A DNA stretch of 64,000 nt, from assembly GCA_964408235.1 (NCBI GenBank), contig CAYOYN010000001.1:13450-77449 (forward strand), written 5' to 3'. The notes below the pieces were generated by a model. That model was not told the origin of the DNA. It ran no database searches and worked only from the letters and a program-made list of their open reading frames with translations. Positions within the stretch are counted from its first letter, which is position 1. Every line of letters begins with the position of its first letter. Positions 63,241 to 64,000 of this stretch are shown here, in pieces. Source of the stretch: Candidatus Woesearchaeota archaeon. GTDB taxonomy: Archaea; Nanobdellota; Nanobdellia; Pacearchaeales; GW2011-AR1. Both the position numbers and the translations under genes were made by a program.

Positions 63241-63831
63241 ATGATAAAAACAATAATTTTTGATTTAAATAAAGTACTTGTCACTTATGATAAATCAGAT
63301 TTGGCATTCATAGAAAATTTTGGAATAGATCGAGAAACTTTTTGGAAAAATAGAAAAGAAGACTTAGAAAAATATGAGCTCGATGAAATAACTCTTTCAG
63401 AACTATTGTCTAATCAATTAGATAAAAACAACTTGCCAAAAGAAAAGTTGGCAATAGCTTTAGAGATATACAAGGATGGATTAAGAGTGGTTAAAGAAAT
63501 GCCAGAATTACTAGATAAATTATCTAAAAAATATGATCTTATTCTTCTAGCAGGAGATGGAAAAGAAGCGCTATCTTTAAAATTAGATAAATTTAACCTA
63601 CAAAAATATTTTAAAAAAATATATGCAACTTGTTTTTTAAAGATGAGAAAAACTGACAAGGAAATATATGAAATAGTTTTGAGAGAAAATAACCTTTCAC
63701 CTGAAAAGGTAATCTTCATAGATGACCAACAAAGGTATATTGATGCAGCAGAAAAAGCAGGAATAAAAACAATTAAGTTTGAGAATCCTCAACAATTAAC
63801 ATCCAGTTTAATTAATCTTCAGATATTATAA
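63241..63831 (+). CDS. HAD-superfamily hydrolase (motif I variant DLN)
   Basis: N-terminal IIFDLNKVLV and C-terminal IDDQQRYIDAAEKAGIKTI (motif IV DD). Confidence 0.55.
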   Translation: MIKTIIFDLNKVLVTYDKSDLAFIENFGIDRETFWKNRKEDLEKYELDEITLSELLSNQLDKNNLPKEKLAIALEIYKDGLRVVKEMPELLDKLSKKYDLILLAGDGKEALSLKLDKFNLQKYFKKIYATCFLKMRKTDKEIYEIVLRENNLSPEKVIFIDDQQRYIDAAEKAGIKTIKFENPQQLTSSLINLQIL

Positions 63832-63880
63832 CCCCTGAACTCTTGGACTTTTTCTAAACGCCAGAACCAAAAACTAAAGA

Positions 63881-64000
63881 TTATTCTCCGCAACCGCTTC
63901 TCTGAGTAGTATTACAACTGTTACACTTAATTGCGCAATTTCCAATTCTCTTTGCAGGACCACCACAAAGACCACAAACTAAACCTTCATCAGAAGTGAA
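63881..64000 (-). CDS. Partial CDS (C-terminal 39 aa), Cys-rich zinc-ribbon-like tail. Gene continues beyond the window end.
   Basis: Manual reverse-complement translation gives ...FTSDEGLVCGLCGGPAKRIGNCAIKCNSCNTTQRSGCGE with stop at 63881-63883. Frame not independently verified. Confidence 0.3.
   Translation of the reverse strand, partial: FTSDEGLVCGLCGGPAKRIGNCAIKCNSCNTTQRSGCGE

Noticed and set aside
1-64000. CRISPR arrays, transposases, integrases
   Set aside because: No regularly spaced direct repeats with unique spacers were seen. No DDE-transposase or tyrosine/serine-recombinase motifs were recognised in any ORF. The tRNA-adjacent island has no visible integrase.

Overview
This window looks like an AT-rich (about 30% GC) archaeal chromosome segment, possibly from a DPANN-like lineage. 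Its core is the conserved rpoH-rpoB-rpoA-nusA / S12-S7-EF2-EF1alpha transcription-translation locus at about 39.9-56.7 kb, but the locus is unusually rearranged. RpoA' and RpoA'' are encoded as one 1147-aa ORF. L30e and S10 are absent from their usual positions. Bacterial-type DUF genes sit on the opposite strand between nusA and S12. A 3.6-kb block of small genes separates EF-2 from EF-1alpha, and two sigma-70/ECF-like proteins plus an ABC-2 exporter occupy the place where S10 would normally follow EF-1alpha. Four tRNAs (Asp-GTC, Ser-GCT, Met-CAT, Lys-CTT) were identified by manual folding, and three of them abut accessory-looking genes. The clearest accessory element is a roughly 1.7-kb GC-rich (about 48% GC) island directly 3' of tRNA-Asp, encoding a 494-aa SEC-C-motif protein. 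Other notable content: a minus-strand cluster of large secreted cell-surface proteins with repeated Ig/FW-like domains, co-oriented with a membrane-anchored AlbA_2/Schlafen-like protein; a 923-aa N-glycosylation-sequon-rich repeat surface protein translationally coupled to a 44-aa RHH ORF that is missing from the ORF track; a six-gene envelope/redox operon (DoxX-VKOR-thioredoxin-CcdA-TPM-LemA) next to a diadenylate cyclase with an atypical C-terminal membrane anchor; an SMC-headed ATPase carrying a Rad50-type CxxC zinc hook in place of a hinge; tandem GNAT-like paralogs beside tRNA-Lys; and a DEAD-box helicase + CspA cold-shock pair. No CRISPR array, transposase or integrase is visible. Opposite-strand ORFs inside long genes are judged spurious.
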